A DNA stretch of 64,000 nt from Escherichia coli (lineage in GTDB: Bacteria > Pseudomonadota > Gammaproteobacteria > Enterobacterales > Enterobacteriaceae), in NCBI RefSeq assembly GCF_051903065.1, contig NZ_CP178438.1; one strand, 5' to 3'. The notes below the pieces were generated by a model. It was not told the DNA's origin and searched no databases. It saw only the letters and a program-made list of their open reading frames with translations. Each line of letters opens with the position of its first letter. Position 1 is the stretch's first letter. Below are positions 47,125 to 63,925 of this stretch, piece after piece. The position numbers and the translations under genes are program-made.

Positions 47125-48233
47125 TTTGGCAGCTTACCGACGATAAACGCTGGTCGACACTACGCCAGCGTTTCAGTTGGGTTGAGGAGATGCATCACAC
47201 GCCACAAGACCCTGAGCATCATGGTGAAGGCGACGTCGGCCTGCATACCGAAATGGTGCTGAACGCCCTCGTTACTCTGCCAGAATTCCAGCAACTCCCC
47301 GCTCAACAGCAGGAAGTTTTATGGGCGGCGGCGTTATTGCATGATGTTGAAAAGCGCAGCACTACCGTGCAGGAAAACGGACGTATTCAGTCGCCGGGCC
47401 ATGCTCGTCGGGGCGAACTGACGGCCCGGCTGATTTTGTGGCGCGATATCCCAACGCCGTTCATGCTGCGCGAGCAAATCGTTGCGCTGGTGCGTCTGCA
47501 TGGGTTACCGCTATGGTTACTGGAACGTCCGGAACCGGAGCGTTTGCTGCTCACGGCTGCAATGCGCATCGACACGGGTCTGCTCGCTTTGCTTGCTCGT
47601 GCCGATCTGCTTGGTCGCCAAAGCCCGGATCGGCAATCAATGCTGGAACGCATCGATCTGTTCGAGCTGTTTTGCCAGGAGCAACAGTGTTGGGGAAAAG
47701 TGCGCTCGTTCGTGTCTGATTCCGCACGCTGGCATTACCTGACCCATGAGCAAAGTTCTCCTGATTTTGTTCCCTGGGAGGCTGAACCTTTTGAGGTCAT
47801 TTTGCTGTGTGGCTTACCGGGTATGGGCAAAGATCGCTATATCAATGAACAGTGCCAGGGAATGGACGTTATCAGCCTTGATGATATGCGGCGGCGAATC
47901 AATGCCAATCCGGACGACAAAACCGCCACCGGGCGTATTGTGCAACAGGCAAAAGAAGAGGCACGCGTTTTTTTACGCCAGAAAAAGCCGTTCATCTGGA
48001 ATGCAACGAACATTACCCGCCAGCTGCGTAGCCAGCTCATCAGCCTGTTTACGGCTTACGGCGCACGAGTAAAAATCGTTTATCTTGAAGTGCCATGGGC
48101 GCAATGGAAGCAGCAAAATGCCAGACGCGAGTATGCAGTTCCTGAAGCGGTCGTGATGCGGATGGCCTCAAGGCTGGAAGTTCCTCAACCTGATGAAGCA
48201 CATAGCGTGGAGTATCGGGTGATTGAAAGGTAA
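47121..48233 (+). CDS. HD-domain phosphohydrolase / P-loop NTPase fusion (predicted polynucleotide kinase-phosphatase)
   Basis: N-terminal H..HD motifs ([18 protein letters not shown]); C-terminal Walker-A-like GLPGMGKD; start overlaps ligase stop by 4 bp. Confidence 0.6.
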   Translation: MIWQLTDDKRWSTLRQRFSWVEEMHHTPQDPEHHGEGDVGLHTEMVLNALVTLPEFQQLPAQQQEVLWAAALLHDVEKRSTTVQENGRIQSPGHARRGELTARLILWRDIPTPFMLREQIVALVRLHGLPLWLLERPEPERLLLTAAMRIDTGLLALLARADLLGRQSPDRQSMLERIDLFELFCQEQQCWGKVRSFVSDSARWHYLTHEQSSPDFVPWEAEPFEVILLCGLPGMGKDRYINEQCQGMDVISLDDMRRRINANPDDKTATGRIVQQAKEEARVFLRQKKPFIWNATNITRQLRSQLISLFTAYGARVKIVYLEVPWAQWKQQNARREYAVPEAVVMRMASRLEVPQPDEAHSVEYRVIER

Positions 48234-48272
48234 AAAAACCGGGCGGTGGTGTCACCTGCCCGGCTTCTTTTG
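48232..48272. terminator. Bidirectional terminator between the HD/P-loop gene and luxS
   Basis: Imperfect GC hairpin flanked by A-run and T-run. Confidence 0.5.
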
Positions 48273-48281
48273 TTCCACTGA

Positions 48282-48797
48282 CTAAATGTGCAGTTCCTGC
48301 AACTTCTCTTTCGGCAGCGCCAGTTCTTCGTTGCTGTTGATGCGCACGTCACGTTCCAGAATGCTACGCGCAATATCCTGCGCTTCCTGCAACGAGTGCA
48401 TCTGGTAAGTGCCACACTGGTAGACGTTCAGTTCCGGGATCTGATTCTGATCCTGCACTTTCAGCACGTCTTCCATTGCCGCTTTCCAGGCATCAGCAAC
48501 ACGCTGCTCATCTGGCGTACCAATCAGACTCATATAAAAACCGGTGCGGCAGCCCATTGGCGAGATATCGATAATCTCTACACCATTACCGTTAAGATGG
48601 TTACGCATAAAACCAGCAAACAGGTGCTCCAGGGTATGGATCCCTCTTTCTGGCATCACTTCTTTGTTCGGCACGCAGAAGCGCAGATCGAACACGGTGA
48701 TTGCGTCGCCATGCGGGGTGTTCATTGTTTTCGCCACCCGAACTGCAGGCGCTTCCATCCGGGTATGATCGACTGTGAAGCTATCTAACAACGGCAT
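48282..48797 (-). CDS. luxS: S-ribosylhomocysteine lyase (AI-2 synthase)
   Basis: 171 aa with HTLEH motif. Confidence 0.95.
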
Positions 48798-48865
48798 TTA
48801 GCCACCTCCGGTAATTTTTTTAAAAATTTTCTGAACTCTTTCTTCCCAGGCGAGTCTGAGTATAT

Positions 48866-48938
48866 GAAAGACGCGCATTTGTTATCATCATCCCTGAATT
48901 CAGAGATGAAATTTTGGCCACTCACGAGTGGCCTTTTT
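48866..48938 (+). ncRNA. micA: Small RNA MicA (SraD)
   Basis: GAAAGACGCGCATTTGTTATCATCATCCCTGAATTCAGAGATGAAATTTTGGCCACTCACGAGTGGCCTTTTT matches MicA with intrinsic terminator. Confidence 0.9.
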
Positions 48939-48946
48939 CTTTTCTG

Positions 48947-50530
<1,584 letters not shown>

Positions 50531-50575
50531 TTAATTAGCATAACTGTAATGGTGACCATATGTGCAGGCCTACAA

Positions 50576-51004
50576 TTAGTGCCACCACATCATGCCCTGA
50601 ATGGTCGCTGCTGCAACTGCAACATAGCGTAACGCTTTACCAAGGCACAAAAAAAAGATTACTGGCCCCCAGGAGATGCGCATCCATCCCGCTAAGAGAC
50701 ACAGTAAATCGCCAACCACGGGCATCCAGCTTAATAATAGCGCGACTGCACCATAGCGTTTCAGCCAGCCGGTAGCATTCTCTTGCCAGCGCGATGTTTT
50801 ACGCAATGGAAAGAAACGCCCAAGGATAACGTTAGTTAACCCTCCAAGGCTATTACCCATTGTTGCTGTTAAAACTAAAACCCAGGGATGACTGATCCCG
50901 GAAAGCAACGTTGCCACCAGCACGACTTCGGAGTTGCCGGGTAATAGTGTAGCGCTGAGAAAACTACTGGCAAACAACGAGAAAAGCGATAACGCTTCAC
51001 TCAC
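50576..51004 (-). CDS. yqaA: DedA/YqaA-family inner membrane protein
   Basis: 142 aa. Confidence 0.9.
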   Translation of the reverse strand: MSEALSLFSLFASSFLSATLLPGNSEVVLVATLLSGISHPWVLVLTATMGNSLGGLTNVILGRFFPLRKTSRWQENATGWLKRYGAVALLLSWMPVVGDLLCLLAGWMRISWGPVIFFLCLGKALRYVAVAAATIQGMMWWH

Positions 51005-51567
51005 AGCAAGCGAACGTCCACAGCGTCCATACCTGCGGCACGGGCCGCCTGAATACCGAAATCGGCATCTTCAAAGACCACACACTGCGTCGGTTGCACG
51101 CCCATACGCTGCGCGCACAACAAAAATGTGTCTGGCGCGGGTTTATGGTGTTTGACGTGATCGGCAGCGACGACGGCGTCAAAATAACGGCGTAATCCCA
51201 GGTGATCCAGCAATGCCTCAGCGATGGCGCTTTCACTCCCCGTTCCTACAGCCATTGGGCGACGACCATGCCAACTTTTCACCACTTCAACAAGAGGAAG
51301 CGGCTCGACACTATCCAGCAGCATACTTCTTACTGCTTCTGTTTTTTCACGCGCTAACGCATGCGGGTCGAGATCGGCCTGATTCAGCTCAATAATTGCC
51401 TGAGCAATACGCCAGGTGGGCGATCCATTAAGCGCAATCATCGCCTGAACATCGTACTGAAGACCGTAGTGCCCTAATACTTCGCGCCACGCTTTACGGT
51501 GCGTAGGCTCCGTATCCAGGATTGTGCCATCCATATCAAAAATTAAACCTGCATAACGCTCGTACAT
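51001..51567 (-). CDS. yqaB: HAD-family sugar phosphatase YqaB
   Basis: 188 aa with IFDMDGT HAD motif. Confidence 0.9.
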   Translation of the reverse strand: MYERYAGLIFDMDGTILDTEPTHRKAWREVLGHYGLQYDVQAMIALNGSPTWRIAQAIIELNQADLDPHALAREKTEAVRSMLLDSVEPLPLVEVVKSWHGRRPMAVGTGSESAIAEALLDHLGLRRYFDAVVAADHVKHHKPAPDTFLLCAQRMGVQPTQCVVFEDADFGIQAARAAGMDAVDVRLL

Positions 51568-51847
51568 GGTCTTCTCGCAAGTCGAAAAATATGACGCTAC
51601 TTTAGCGTAATTGCTTGATTTTGTCGCTGATGGCGAAGGAGAAGAAAATTCAGGAAATGGATAAAGTAGTTATTTAGAAATGAGATATTTTTGAAGGAAA
51701 TTTTTTGGAGAAGATGGTGCATCCGGGAGGATGACTCACTGGCGTTCGCCCTTCGGGCCGTTGCTAAAGCAACGTTATCCTTCCTGGTGCCTGCGGTTAA
51801 TTCCGCTACCTCTTCGATATCTTCATTGCTGAAGATTTCGGAGAATA

Positions 51848-51924
51848 TGGTGCATCCGGGAGGATTCGAACCTCCGACCGCTCGGTTCGTAGCCGAGTAC
51901 TCTATCCAGCTGAGCTACGGATGC
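51848..51924 (-). tRNA. argQ: tRNA-Arg (anticodon ACG)
   Basis: Reverse complement is GCATCCGTAGCTCAGCTGGATAGAGTACTCGGCTACGAACCGAG...CACCA. Confidence 0.9.
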
Positions 51925-52122
51925 ATCGGGAAAATTTATTTTACTGCTGATATTGATATCGCTACTAAAGCCATATCAAGTAAGAGATGGTGCATCCGGG
52001 AGGATTACTCGCCTTGCGGCTCGCCCTTCGGGCCGTTGCTGGCGCAACGTTATCCTCCCTGGTGCCTGCGGTTAATTCCGCTACCTCTTCGATACCTTCA
52101 TTGCTGAAGATTTCGGAGAATA

Positions 52123-52199
52123 TGGTGCATCCGGGAGGATTCGAACCTCCGACCGCTCGGTTCGTAGCCGAGTACTCTATCCAGCTGAGCTACGGATGC
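52123..52199 (-). tRNA. argZ: tRNA-Arg (anticodon ACG)
   Basis: Identical tRNA-Arg sequence. Confidence 0.9.
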
Positions 52200-52261
52200 A
52201 TCGGGAAATTTATTTTACTGCTGATATTGATACCGCTACTAAAGCTGTATCAAGTAAGAGA

Positions 52262-52338
52262 TGGTGCATCCGGGAGGATTCGAACCTCCGACCGCTCGGT
52301 TCGTAGCCGAGTACTCTATCCAGCTGAGCTACGGATGC
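52262..52338 (-). tRNA. argY: tRNA-Arg (anticodon ACG)
   Basis: Identical tRNA-Arg sequence. Confidence 0.9.
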
Positions 52339-52402
52339 ATCGGGAAACTTACTTTACTGCAGATTTTTTGATACCGCTACTAAAGCCGTATCAAGTAAGA
52401 GA

Positions 52403-52479
52403 TGGTGCATCCGGGAGGATTCGAACCTCCGACCGCTCGGTTCGTAGCCGAGTACTCTATCCAGCTGAGCTACGGATGC
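52403..52479 (-). tRNA. argV: tRNA-Arg (anticodon ACG)
   Basis: Identical tRNA-Arg sequence. Confidence 0.9.
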
Positions 52480-52482
52480 AAA

Positions 52483-52575
52483 TGGCGGTGAGGCGGGGAT
52501 TCGAACCCCGGATGCAGCTTTTGACCGCATACTCCCTTAGCAGGGGAGCGCCTTCAGCCTCTCGGCCACCTCACC
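52483..52575 (-). tRNA. serV: tRNA-Ser (anticodon GCU)
   Basis: Reverse complement is GGTGAGGTGGCCGAGAGGCTGAAGGCGCTCCCCTGCTAAGGGAG...CGCCA with long variable arm. Confidence 0.9.
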
Positions 52576-52890
52576 ACACGCCTCTTACGAGTGCTTCGAA
52601 GAACTTGTTTATCGCTCATCGTCGCTGCGTGGCGCACATATTACTTTCTGAGACTTATAAGTCAAACAATTTTTCCCACACTTTTATCGTTTGCACACTT
52701 CACGCTCAATTAGTCTGTAAAAACGTCAAAAAGAGTGTTTTATCAACAGAAAAACGGAGGTCTGACAGATAGCAGTAATGTAAAAAAATGGAGACTTAAG
52801 TTGAATGAACGGGAGTAAAGCGAAAAGACTATAGAGTGAAGGAGAAATTTTGAGGGTGCGTCTCACCGATAAAGATGAGACGCGGAAAGA

Positions 52891-53076
52891 TTAGTAACTG
52901 GACTGCTGGGATTTTTCAGCCTGGATACGCTGGTAGATCTCTTCACGGTGAACAGAAACTTCCTTCGGGGCATTTACGCCAATACGTACCTGGTTGCCCT
53001 TTACCCCTAAAACTGTCACGGTGACCTCATCCCCAATCATGAGGGTCTCACCAACTCGACGAGTCAGAATCAGCAT
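52891..53076 (-). CDS. csrA: Carbon storage regulator CsrA
   Basis: 61 aa [48 protein letters not shown]. Confidence 0.97.
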
Positions 53077-53310
53077 TCTTTGCTCCTTGAAAGATTAAAA
53101 GAGTCGGGTCTCTCTGTATCCCGGCATTATCCATCATATAACGCCAAAAAGTAAGCAATGACAAACACATTACATCTAAGCAGTCATGGCATTACATTCT
53201 GTTAAACCTAAGTTTAGCCGATATACACAACTTCAACCTGACTTTATCGTTGTCGATAGCGTTAATGCGAATGCCGTGAAGCGAGTCCACGGCATTGCCT
53301 GACGCTTATA

Positions 53311-55941
53311 TTATTGCAATTTCGCGCTGACCCAGCCTTTCACACTGGCTAACGCTGCAGGTAAGGCCGCAGCATCCGTACCACCGGCTTGCGCCATGTC
53401 AGGACGTCCACCACCCTTGCCGCCCACCTGCTGAGCGACCATACCAATCAGTTCCCCTGCTTTCACACGATCTGTGACGTCCTTAGATACGCCTGCAATC
53501 AGAGAAACCTTACCTTCGGCTACCGTTGCCAGCACGATAATTGTCGACCCCAGCTGATTTTTTAAATCGTCAACCATGGTACGCAACATTTTCGGCTCAA
53601 CACCGCTAAGCTCGCTAACCAACAGCTTAACACCATTAACATCAATTGCCTTACTGGAAAGATTTGCGCTCTCCTGTGCGGCAGCTTGTTCTTTAAGCTG
53701 TTGTAGTTCTTTTTCTAACTGACGCGTACGTTCCAGTACTGAGCGCACTTTATCAGCCAGATTATTGCTATCGCCTTTCAGCAGATGCGCGACTTCGCTT
53801 AAGCGATCGCTGTCTGCATGAACGGTGGCGATAGCACCTTCTCCGGTTACCGCTTCGATACGACGAACGCCTGCAGCAGTACCCGATTCAGAGATGATGC
53901 GGAACAGACCAATATCACCAGTGCGGCTGGCGTGAGTACCGCCACACAGCTCGGTGGAGAAATCGCCCATGCTCAGCACGCGTACGCGCTCATCATACTT
54001 CTCGCCGAACAGCGCCATCGCACCTTTCGCTTTCGCCGCTTCGAGATCCATGATGTTGGTTTCGATCGGCAAATTGCGACGAATCTGTGCGTTCACCAGG
54101 TCTTCGACCACACGAATCTCTTCTGGTTTCATCGCTTCGTTGTGTGAGAAGTCGAAGCGCAGCACCTTGTCGTTAACCAGTGAACCTTTCTGCGATACAT
54201 GAGTACCCAGAACCTGGCGCAGCGCAGCGTGCATCAGGTGCGTTGCGGAGTGATTCAGACGAATACGGGCGCGACGAGCCTCATCAACATCAGCCTGCAC
54301 AGCGTCGCCCACTTTCAGAGAACCCGCAGCAAGTTTACCGATGTGACCAATCGCCTGGCCGTATTTCTGCGTATCTTCCACCACGAAGGAGAAGTTAGCG
54401 CCTTTCAGTTCGCCTTTATCACCAACCTGACCGCCGGATTCCGCATAGAATGGCGTTTGATCCAGCACGACCACAGCTTCCTGGCCTGCATTGATGGCAT
54501 CAACCGCTTTACCATCAACAAACAGCGCGGTCACTTTGCCGTTCAGTTCCAGATGGTCATAGCCTTTAAATTCAGATGCACTGTCAACACGGATCATTGC
54601 GTTGTAATCGGCACCAAAGCCGCTGGCTTCGCGCGCCCGACGACGCTGCTCTTCCATTGCTGCTTCAAAACCAGCTTCGTCAACTTTGATGTTGCGCTCA
54701 CGACAAACATCAGCCGTCAGGTCAACCGGGAAGCCATAGGTGTCGTACAGACGGAAAGCAGTTTCACCATCCAGCGTATCACCAGAAAGTTTTGCCAGCT
54801 CTTCATCCAGCAACGCCAGACCGCGCTCCAGAGTACGAGCAAACTGCTCTTCTTCAGTCTTCAGCACCTGCTCAACCTGCGCCTGCTGGCGTTTCAGGTC
54901 TTCACCCGCAGAGCCCATAACGTCGATCAGCGGACCAACCAGTTTGTAGAAGAAGGTTTCTTTCGCGCCGAGCATATTACCGTGACGCACTGCGCGACGA
55001 ATGATACGACGCAGTACATAACCACGGTTTTCATTGGACGGCATTACGCCATCCGCGATCAGGAACGCACAAGAACGAATGTGGTCAGCGATTACGCGCA
55101 GCGATTTATTGCTCAGATCGGTTGCGCCAGTGACTTTCGCTACCGCCTGGATCAACGTGCGGAACAGGTCGATGTCATAGTTAGAGTTAACGTGTTGCAG
55201 CACCGCAGCAATACGCTCCAGACCCATACCGGTATCTACAGACGGTTTCGGCAGCGGTTCCATCGTGCCATCGGCCTGGCGGTTGAACTGCATGAAGACG
55301 ATGTTCCAGATCTCAATGTAGCGGTCGCCGTCTTCTTCCGGACTTCCCGGAGGGCCACCCCAAATGTGGTCGCCGTGATCGTAGAAGATTTCGGTGCACG
55401 GGCCGCACGGACCAGTGTCACCCATCTGCCAGAAGTTGTCAGATGCGTATGGCGCACCTTTGTTATCGCCGATGCGAATAATACGTTCGCGCGGGATCCC
55501 TACTTCTTTTTCCCAGATTTCGTAGGCTTCGTCGTCGCTTTCATAGACGGTAACCCACAGACGCTCTTTCGGCAGGGCAAACCATTTTTCGCTGGTCAGC
55601 AGTTCCCATGCAAACTGAATGGCATCGTGTTTGAAATAGTCGCCGAAGCTGAAGTTGCCCAGCATTTCGAAGAAGGTATGGTGACGCGCGGTGTAACCGA
55701 CGTTTTCCAGGTCGTTGTGTTTACCACCCGCACGCACGCAGCGTTGGGAAGTGGTAGCGCGGGAATAATTACGCTTGTCGAGCCCAAGGAACACATCCTT
55801 GAACTGGTTCATCCCGGCGTTGGTAAACAACAAAGTTGGGTCGTTATGGGGTACCAGGGAGCTGCTGGCAACTACCTGATGTCCCTTACTATGGAAAAAG
55901 TCGAGAAACGCCTGACGGATCTCAGCGGTGCTCTTGCTCAT
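53311..55941 (-). CDS. alaS: Alanine-tRNA ligase
   Basis: 876 aa. Confidence 0.97.
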   Translation of the reverse strand: MSKSTAEIRQAFLDFFHSKGHQVVASSSLVPHNDPTLLFTNAGMNQFKDVFLGLDKRNYSRATTSQRCVRAGGKHNDLENVGYTARHHTFFEMLGNFSFGDYFKHDAIQFAWELLTSEKWFALPKERLWVTVYESDDEAYEIWEKEVGIPRERIIRIGDNKGAPYASDNFWQMGDTGPCGPCTEIFYDHGDHIWGGPPGSPEEDGDRYIEIWNIVFMQFNRQADGTMEPLPKPSVDTGMGLERIAAVLQHVNSNYDIDLFRTLIQAVAKVTGATDLSNKSLRVIADHIRSCAFLIADGVMPSNENRGYVLRRIIRRAVRHGNMLGAKETFFYKLVGPLIDVMGSAGEDLKRQQAQVEQVLKTEEEQFARTLERGLALLDEELAKLSGDTLDGETAFRLYDTYGFPVDLTADVCRERNIKVDEAGFEAAMEEQRRRAREASGFGADYNAMIRVDSASEFKGYDHLELNGKVTALFVDGKAVDAINAGQEAVVVLDQTPFYAESGGQVGDKGELKGANFSFVVEDTQKYGQAIGHIGKLAAGSLKVGDAVQADVDEARRARIRLNHSATHLMHAALRQVLGTHVSQKGSLVNDKVLRFDFSHNEAMKPEEIRVVEDLVNAQIRRNLPIETNIMDLEAAKAKGAMALFGEKYDERVRVLSMGDFSTELCGGTHASRTGDIGLFRIISESGTAAGVRRIEAVTGEGAIATVHADSDRLSEVAHLLKGDSNNLADKVRSVLERTRQLEKELQQLKEQAAAQESANLSSKAIDVNGVKLLVSELSGVEPKMLRTMVDDLKNQLGSTIIVLATVAEGKVSLIAGVSKDVTDRVKAGELIGMVAQQVGGKGGGRPDMAQAGGTDAAALPAALASVKGWVSAKLQ

Positions 55942-56068
55942 AATTATCCTGAAATCAAGCTAACGAAATATCGCCACCAGCTCCAGCGTGTCTTAACCGC
56001 CGGGCTGGTAACTGAAAAGTGGGAATAAGATAAGTTTTCTTGACTGGGAAGTAAAATACCGTATGCGT

Positions 56069-56569
56069 TCAGTCGGCAAAATTTCGCCAAATATCCTGGA
56101 TATCTTCCATCAGATAGCCACGATAGAGCAGAAAACGCTGGATCTTAACTTTTTCTGAAAAGACAGTTGGCAAAGGTTCACCATATTTTCGCGTCGCCTG
56201 ATCGCGCGCCAGTGCGCACCAGTCGATGTCACATTCACGCATCGCTTTTTCTGTCGCTTCGCGGGAAATACCTTTCTGATTCAGTTCCTGGCGAATACGC
56301 GCAGGTCCATAACCTTTGCGGCTACGGCTGGCGATAAAGCGCGCAACAAATCGGCTGTCATCGAGATAGCCATGTTCATGGCACCAGGTAATAACGCGCT
56401 CGTAATCTTCTGCCGTAGCATCAATCTCTTCTGGGCCATTTTTGCCCATAATCGGTGCCGCGAGTTTACGTCGCAGTTCTTGCTCACTGTGATCGCGCAC
56501 CGCCAGAATGCGTACCGCACGATCCAACAGGCGAGCATATGCCGGGCGACGGGACGTTGATTCTGTCAT
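56069..56569 (-). CDS. recX: RecA regulator RecX
   Basis: 166 aa. Confidence 0.95.
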   Translation of the reverse strand: MTESTSRRPAYARLLDRAVRILAVRDHSEQELRRKLAAPIMGKNGPEEIDATAEDYERVITWCHEHGYLDDSRFVARFIASRSRKGYGPARIRQELNQKGISREATEKAMRECDIDWCALARDQATRKYGEPLPTVFSEKVKIQRFLLYRGYLMEDIQDIWRNFAD

Positions 56570-56811
56570 GGCATATCCTTACAACTTAAAAAAGCAAAAG
56601 GGCCGCAGATGCGACCCAGGTTTTGCTGATAAACAGATTTAATAGTCAATGAGTGTGCAGAATGTTCCCGCAGGCCCAATTCGTTAGAGGATCGAGGTGA
56701 GAGTAATTTTTCACGCCAGTGCTGGCCTGTTCCCCTCACCCTAACCCTCTCCCCAAAGGGGCGAGGGGACCGTCCGTGCACACATTATCTATTATCATCA
56801 ATAACGAACGA

Positions 56812-57952
<1,141 letters not shown>

Positions 57953-58450
57953 TCAAGTGTTTTGTAGAAATTGTTGCCACAAGGTCTGCAATGCATACGC
58001 AGTAGCCTGACGGCGCACCGCATCACGGTCGCCGCTGAAGCATTCCCGCCGGGTAATGCCTTCACCGCGGGCAGTGGCAAAAGCAAACCAGACGGTGCCG
58101 ACAGGCTTCTCTTCACTGCCGCCATCCGGCCCGGCGATACCACTAATAGACACGGCGTAATCAGCACGAGCCGCTTTCAGTGCGCCTATCGCCATTTCCA
58201 CCACGACGGGTTCGCTCACCGCGCCATGCTGCGCCAGCGTCTCTTCGCGTACGCCGATCATTTGCGCTTTGGCTTCGTTACTGTAGGTGACAAATCCGCG
58301 TTCAAACCAGGCGGAACTGCCGGCAATATCGGTAATCACTTTCGCTACCCAACCGCCGGTACAAGACTCAGCAGTTGTTACGGTTGCGCCACGGGCTTTC
58401 AGCGCCTGCCCAACCTGTTCGCTTAACTGCATCAGTTCACTGTCAGTCAT
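57953..58450 (-). CDS. pncC: NMN amidohydrolase PncC (CinA-like)
   Basis: 165 aa from MTDSELMQLSEQ. Confidence 0.9.
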   Translation of the reverse strand: MTDSELMQLSEQVGQALKARGATVTTAESCTGGWVAKVITDIAGSSAWFERGFVTYSNEAKAQMIGVREETLAQHGAVSEPVVVEMAIGALKAARADYAVSISGIAGPDGGSEEKPVGTVWFAFATARGEGITRRECFSGDRDAVRRQATAYALQTLWQQFLQNT

Positions 58451-58594
58451 CACAACCTCTGTCAGTCAAAAATTTATGCCGGACAAGATAGCACTTTCGT
58501 CAGGAAGATGGTGTTGGCGTTGCAATTTTACGAGAAGGATTCAGAAAAAAGCTGATTAGCCAGAGGGAAGCTCACGCCCCCCTCTTGCAAATAG

Positions 58595-59680
58595 TTACTG
58601 CACGCGCGCCAGCGCCACGGCTTGTCCTAACTGCCAGACCGCCATTGCGTAATGGGTGCTGTGGTTATAACGGGTAATGGTGTAGAAGTTCGGCAGACCG
58701 TACCAGTACTGGTAACCGGTACCGACATCCAGACGCAGCAGGCTGGCTTGTTGATGGTTGCCCAGCGGCTGCTGTGGCGTTAAACCTGCCGCGGCAAGCT
58801 GCGAAATGCTGTACTTGGTTTTGAAGCCATTTGGCAAGCCTGGAGCCTGACCGTTTGCCATTACCGCGACCTGATCGCCTTTCACCCAACCGTGCGCTTT
58901 GAAATAGTTCGCCACGCTACCGATCGCATCAACCGGATCCCACAGGTTGATATGCCCGTCGCCGCTGAAATCTACCGCATATTGTTTGTAAGACGACGGC
59001 ATAAACTGTCCGTAGCCCATCGCCCCGGCAAAGGAACCTTTCAGATTGAGCGGATCGTCCTGCTCGTCGCGCGCCATCAGCAGGAAGGTTTCCAGCTCGC
59101 CAGAGAAATACTCCGCGCGGCGTGGGTAGTTAAATGACAGCGTTGCCAGCGCATCGAGGATGCGAGTTTTCCCCATCACGCGCCCCCAGCGGGTTTCAAC
59201 GCCGATAATCCCGACGATAATTTCCGGCGGTACGCCATACACCTGCCACGCGCGATTCAACGCATCTTCATACTGATTCCAGAAAACCACACCGTTCTGC
59301 ACATTGTCCGGCGTAATAAATTTTTTGCGATAACGCAGCCATGCGCCGTTCGGACCTGATGGCGGTTTCACCGATGTCGTTGGTGCCTGGTTATCCATCA
59401 GCCGCAGTACCGAATCCAGACGTTTCGCCTGGGAGAGAATTTCCTGCAACTGCTGACGATCGAAACCGTGTTTGTTCACCATTTTGTCGATGAACTGCTG
59501 GGCATTCGGGTTATTGGCGAAGTCACCGCCCATCTGCATCACATTGTGCTGCGGCTCAAGCAGGAAGCCGCCAGACGGCGTTCCGGTGGTCGTATCAGTC
59601 TCAGTAGGTTTTGGCTTGCTGCTACAGGCGGCAAGCAACACAAAAAGGGGAAGCAATGTTACATAACGACGCTTGAACAT
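58595..59680 (-). CDS. mltB: Membrane-bound lytic murein transglycosylase B
   Basis: 361 aa from MFKRRYVTLLPLFVLLAACSS lipoprotein signal. Confidence 0.9.
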   Translation of the reverse strand: MFKRRYVTLLPLFVLLAACSSKPKPTETDTTTGTPSGGFLLEPQHNVMQMGGDFANNPNAQQFIDKMVNKHGFDRQQLQEILSQAKRLDSVLRLMDNQAPTTSVKPPSGPNGAWLRYRKKFITPDNVQNGVVFWNQYEDALNRAWQVYGVPPEIIVGIIGVETRWGRVMGKTRILDALATLSFNYPRRAEYFSGELETFLLMARDEQDDPLNLKGSFAGAMGYGQFMPSSYKQYAVDFSGDGHINLWDPVDAIGSVANYFKAHGWVKGDQVAVMANGQAPGLPNGFKTKYSISQLAAAGLTPQQPLGNHQQASLLRLDVGTGYQYWYGLPNFYTITRYNHSTHYAMAVWQLGQAVALARVQ

Positions 59681-59917
59681 GAGGGGTCCATTTAACAGAT
59701 TCAACCAGGGGCAAGTATGGTAAAGCATCACGCCCCGCACAAGGAAGCGGTAGTCACTGCCCGATACGGACTTTACATAACTCAACTCATCCCCCTCGCT
59801 ATCCTTTTATTCAAACTTTCAAATTAAAATATTTATCTTTCATTTTGCGATCAAAATAACACTTTTAAATCTTTCAATCTGATTAGATTAGGTTGCCGTT
59901 TGGTAATAAAACAATAA

Positions 59918-61455
<1,538 letters not shown>

Positions 61456-61465
61456 AGGCTGAAAC

Positions 61466-62620
<1,155 letters not shown>

Positions 62621-62654
62621 TCAACAGCGGAGATCCGTTAAGGATCTCCGCGAG

Positions 62655-62700
62655 ACTAATAGAATGCCTGATGCGCTACTCTTATCAGGCCTACAGGACT
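62655..62700. repeat. REP-like palindromic element between srlD and gutM
   Basis: gcctgatgcgctactcttatcaggcctac palindrome. Confidence 0.5.
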
Positions 62701-62725
62701 TCCGCCACTATATTAAGGATAAGTT

Positions 62726-63085
62726 ATGGTATCCGCACTCATCACCGTCGCCGTTATCGCCTGGTGTGCGCAACTGGCCTTAGGCGGCTGGCAAATTTCT
62801 CGTTTTAACCGTGCCTTCGATGCACTTTGCCAACAAGGGCGCGTTGGCGTGGGACGTTCCAGCGGGCGCTTTAAACCACGGGTCGTGGTCGCCATTGCGC
62901 TGGACGATCAGCAGCGCATCGCCGACACCTTGTTTATGAAAGGACTGACTGTCTTCGCACGACCGCAAAAAATTCCCGCAATTACGGGCATGCATTCTGC
63001 TGATTTACAGCCCGATGTGATCTTTCCCCATGATCCACTATCACAGAATGCTCTATCATTGGCGCTTAAACTGAAACGTGGATAA
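62726..63085 (+). CDS. gutM: Glucitol operon activator GutM
   Basis: 119 aa. Confidence 0.9.
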   Translation: MVSALITVAVIAWCAQLALGGWQISRFNRAFDALCQQGRVGVGRSSGRFKPRVVVAIALDDQQRIADTLFMKGLTVFARPQKIPAITGMHSADLQPDVIFPHDPLSQNALSLALKLKRG

Positions 63086-63151
63086 TTTCGTTGTGAATGT
63101 TACTTGCTTGCGAAGTTATCATTTTGAAACCTAAATCAGGTAATCACGCCC

Positions 63152-63925
63152 ATGAAACCTCGTCAGCGTCAGGCCGCCATTCTGGAGTATCTGCAAAAGC
63201 AGGGTAAATGCTCGGTTGAAGAATTGGCGCAATACTTTGACACCACAGGCACAACCATTCGCAAAGATCTGGTCATTCTGGAACATGCCGGAACCGTCAT
63301 TCGTACTTATGGCGGAGTGATGTTGAATAAAGAGGAATCCGATCCGCCTATCGATCATAAAACACTCATCAACACCCACAAGAAAGAGCTGATTGCAGAA
63401 GCTGCCGTTAGTTTTATCCATGATGGCGATTCGATCATTCTTGATGCTGGCAGTACCGTTTTGCAGATGGTTCCCCTGCTCTCGCGCTTTAATAACATCA
63501 CGGTGATGACCAACAGCCTGCATATCGTCAATGCGCTATCCGAACTGGATAACGAACAAACTATCCTGATGCCAGGCGGAACGTTTCGTAAAAAATCGGC
63601 CTCATTTCACGGACAGCTGGCAGAGAATGCCTTCGAGCATTTCACCTTCGACAAATTATTCATGGGTACTGACGGCATCGATCTCAATGCGGGCGTAACC
63701 ACCTTCAACGAGGTTTATACCGTCAGTAAGGCAATGTGCAATGCCGCGCGCGAAGTGATTTTGATGGCGGACTCATCAAAGTTTGGCCGTAAAAGCCCCA
63801 ACGTAGTTTGCAGTCTTGAAAGCGTCGATAAGCTGATTACCGACGCAGATATCGATCCGGCGTTTCGTCAGGCGCTGGAAGAGAAAGGGATCGATGTGAT
63901 CATAACCGGAGAGAGCAATGAGTGA
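63152..63925 (+). CDS. srlR: DeoR-family glucitol repressor SrlR
   Basis: 257 aa. Confidence 0.95.
   Translation: MKPRQRQAAILEYLQKQGKCSVEELAQYFDTTGTTIRKDLVILEHAGTVIRTYGGVMLNKEESDPPIDHKTLINTHKKELIAEAAVSFIHDGDSIILDAGSTVLQMVPLLSRFNNITVMTNSLHIVNALSELDNEQTILMPGGTFRKKSASFHGQLAENAFEHFTFDKLFMGTDGIDLNAGVTTFNEVYTVSKAMCNAAREVILMADSSKFGRKSPNVVCSLESVDKLITDADIDPAFRQALEEKGIDVIITGESNE

Noticed and set aside
51691-52772. ORFs of 138 and 261 aa, and a possible CRISPR-like array
   Set aside because: The periodicity comes from tandem tRNA-Arg genes and their spacers; the ORFs run through tRNA genes on the opposite strand.
54199-56028. 609-aa plus-strand ORF
   Set aside because: Lies entirely antisense to alaS, whose product matches alanyl-tRNA synthetase over its full length; long antisense ORFs are a common artefact in coding DNA of this GC content.
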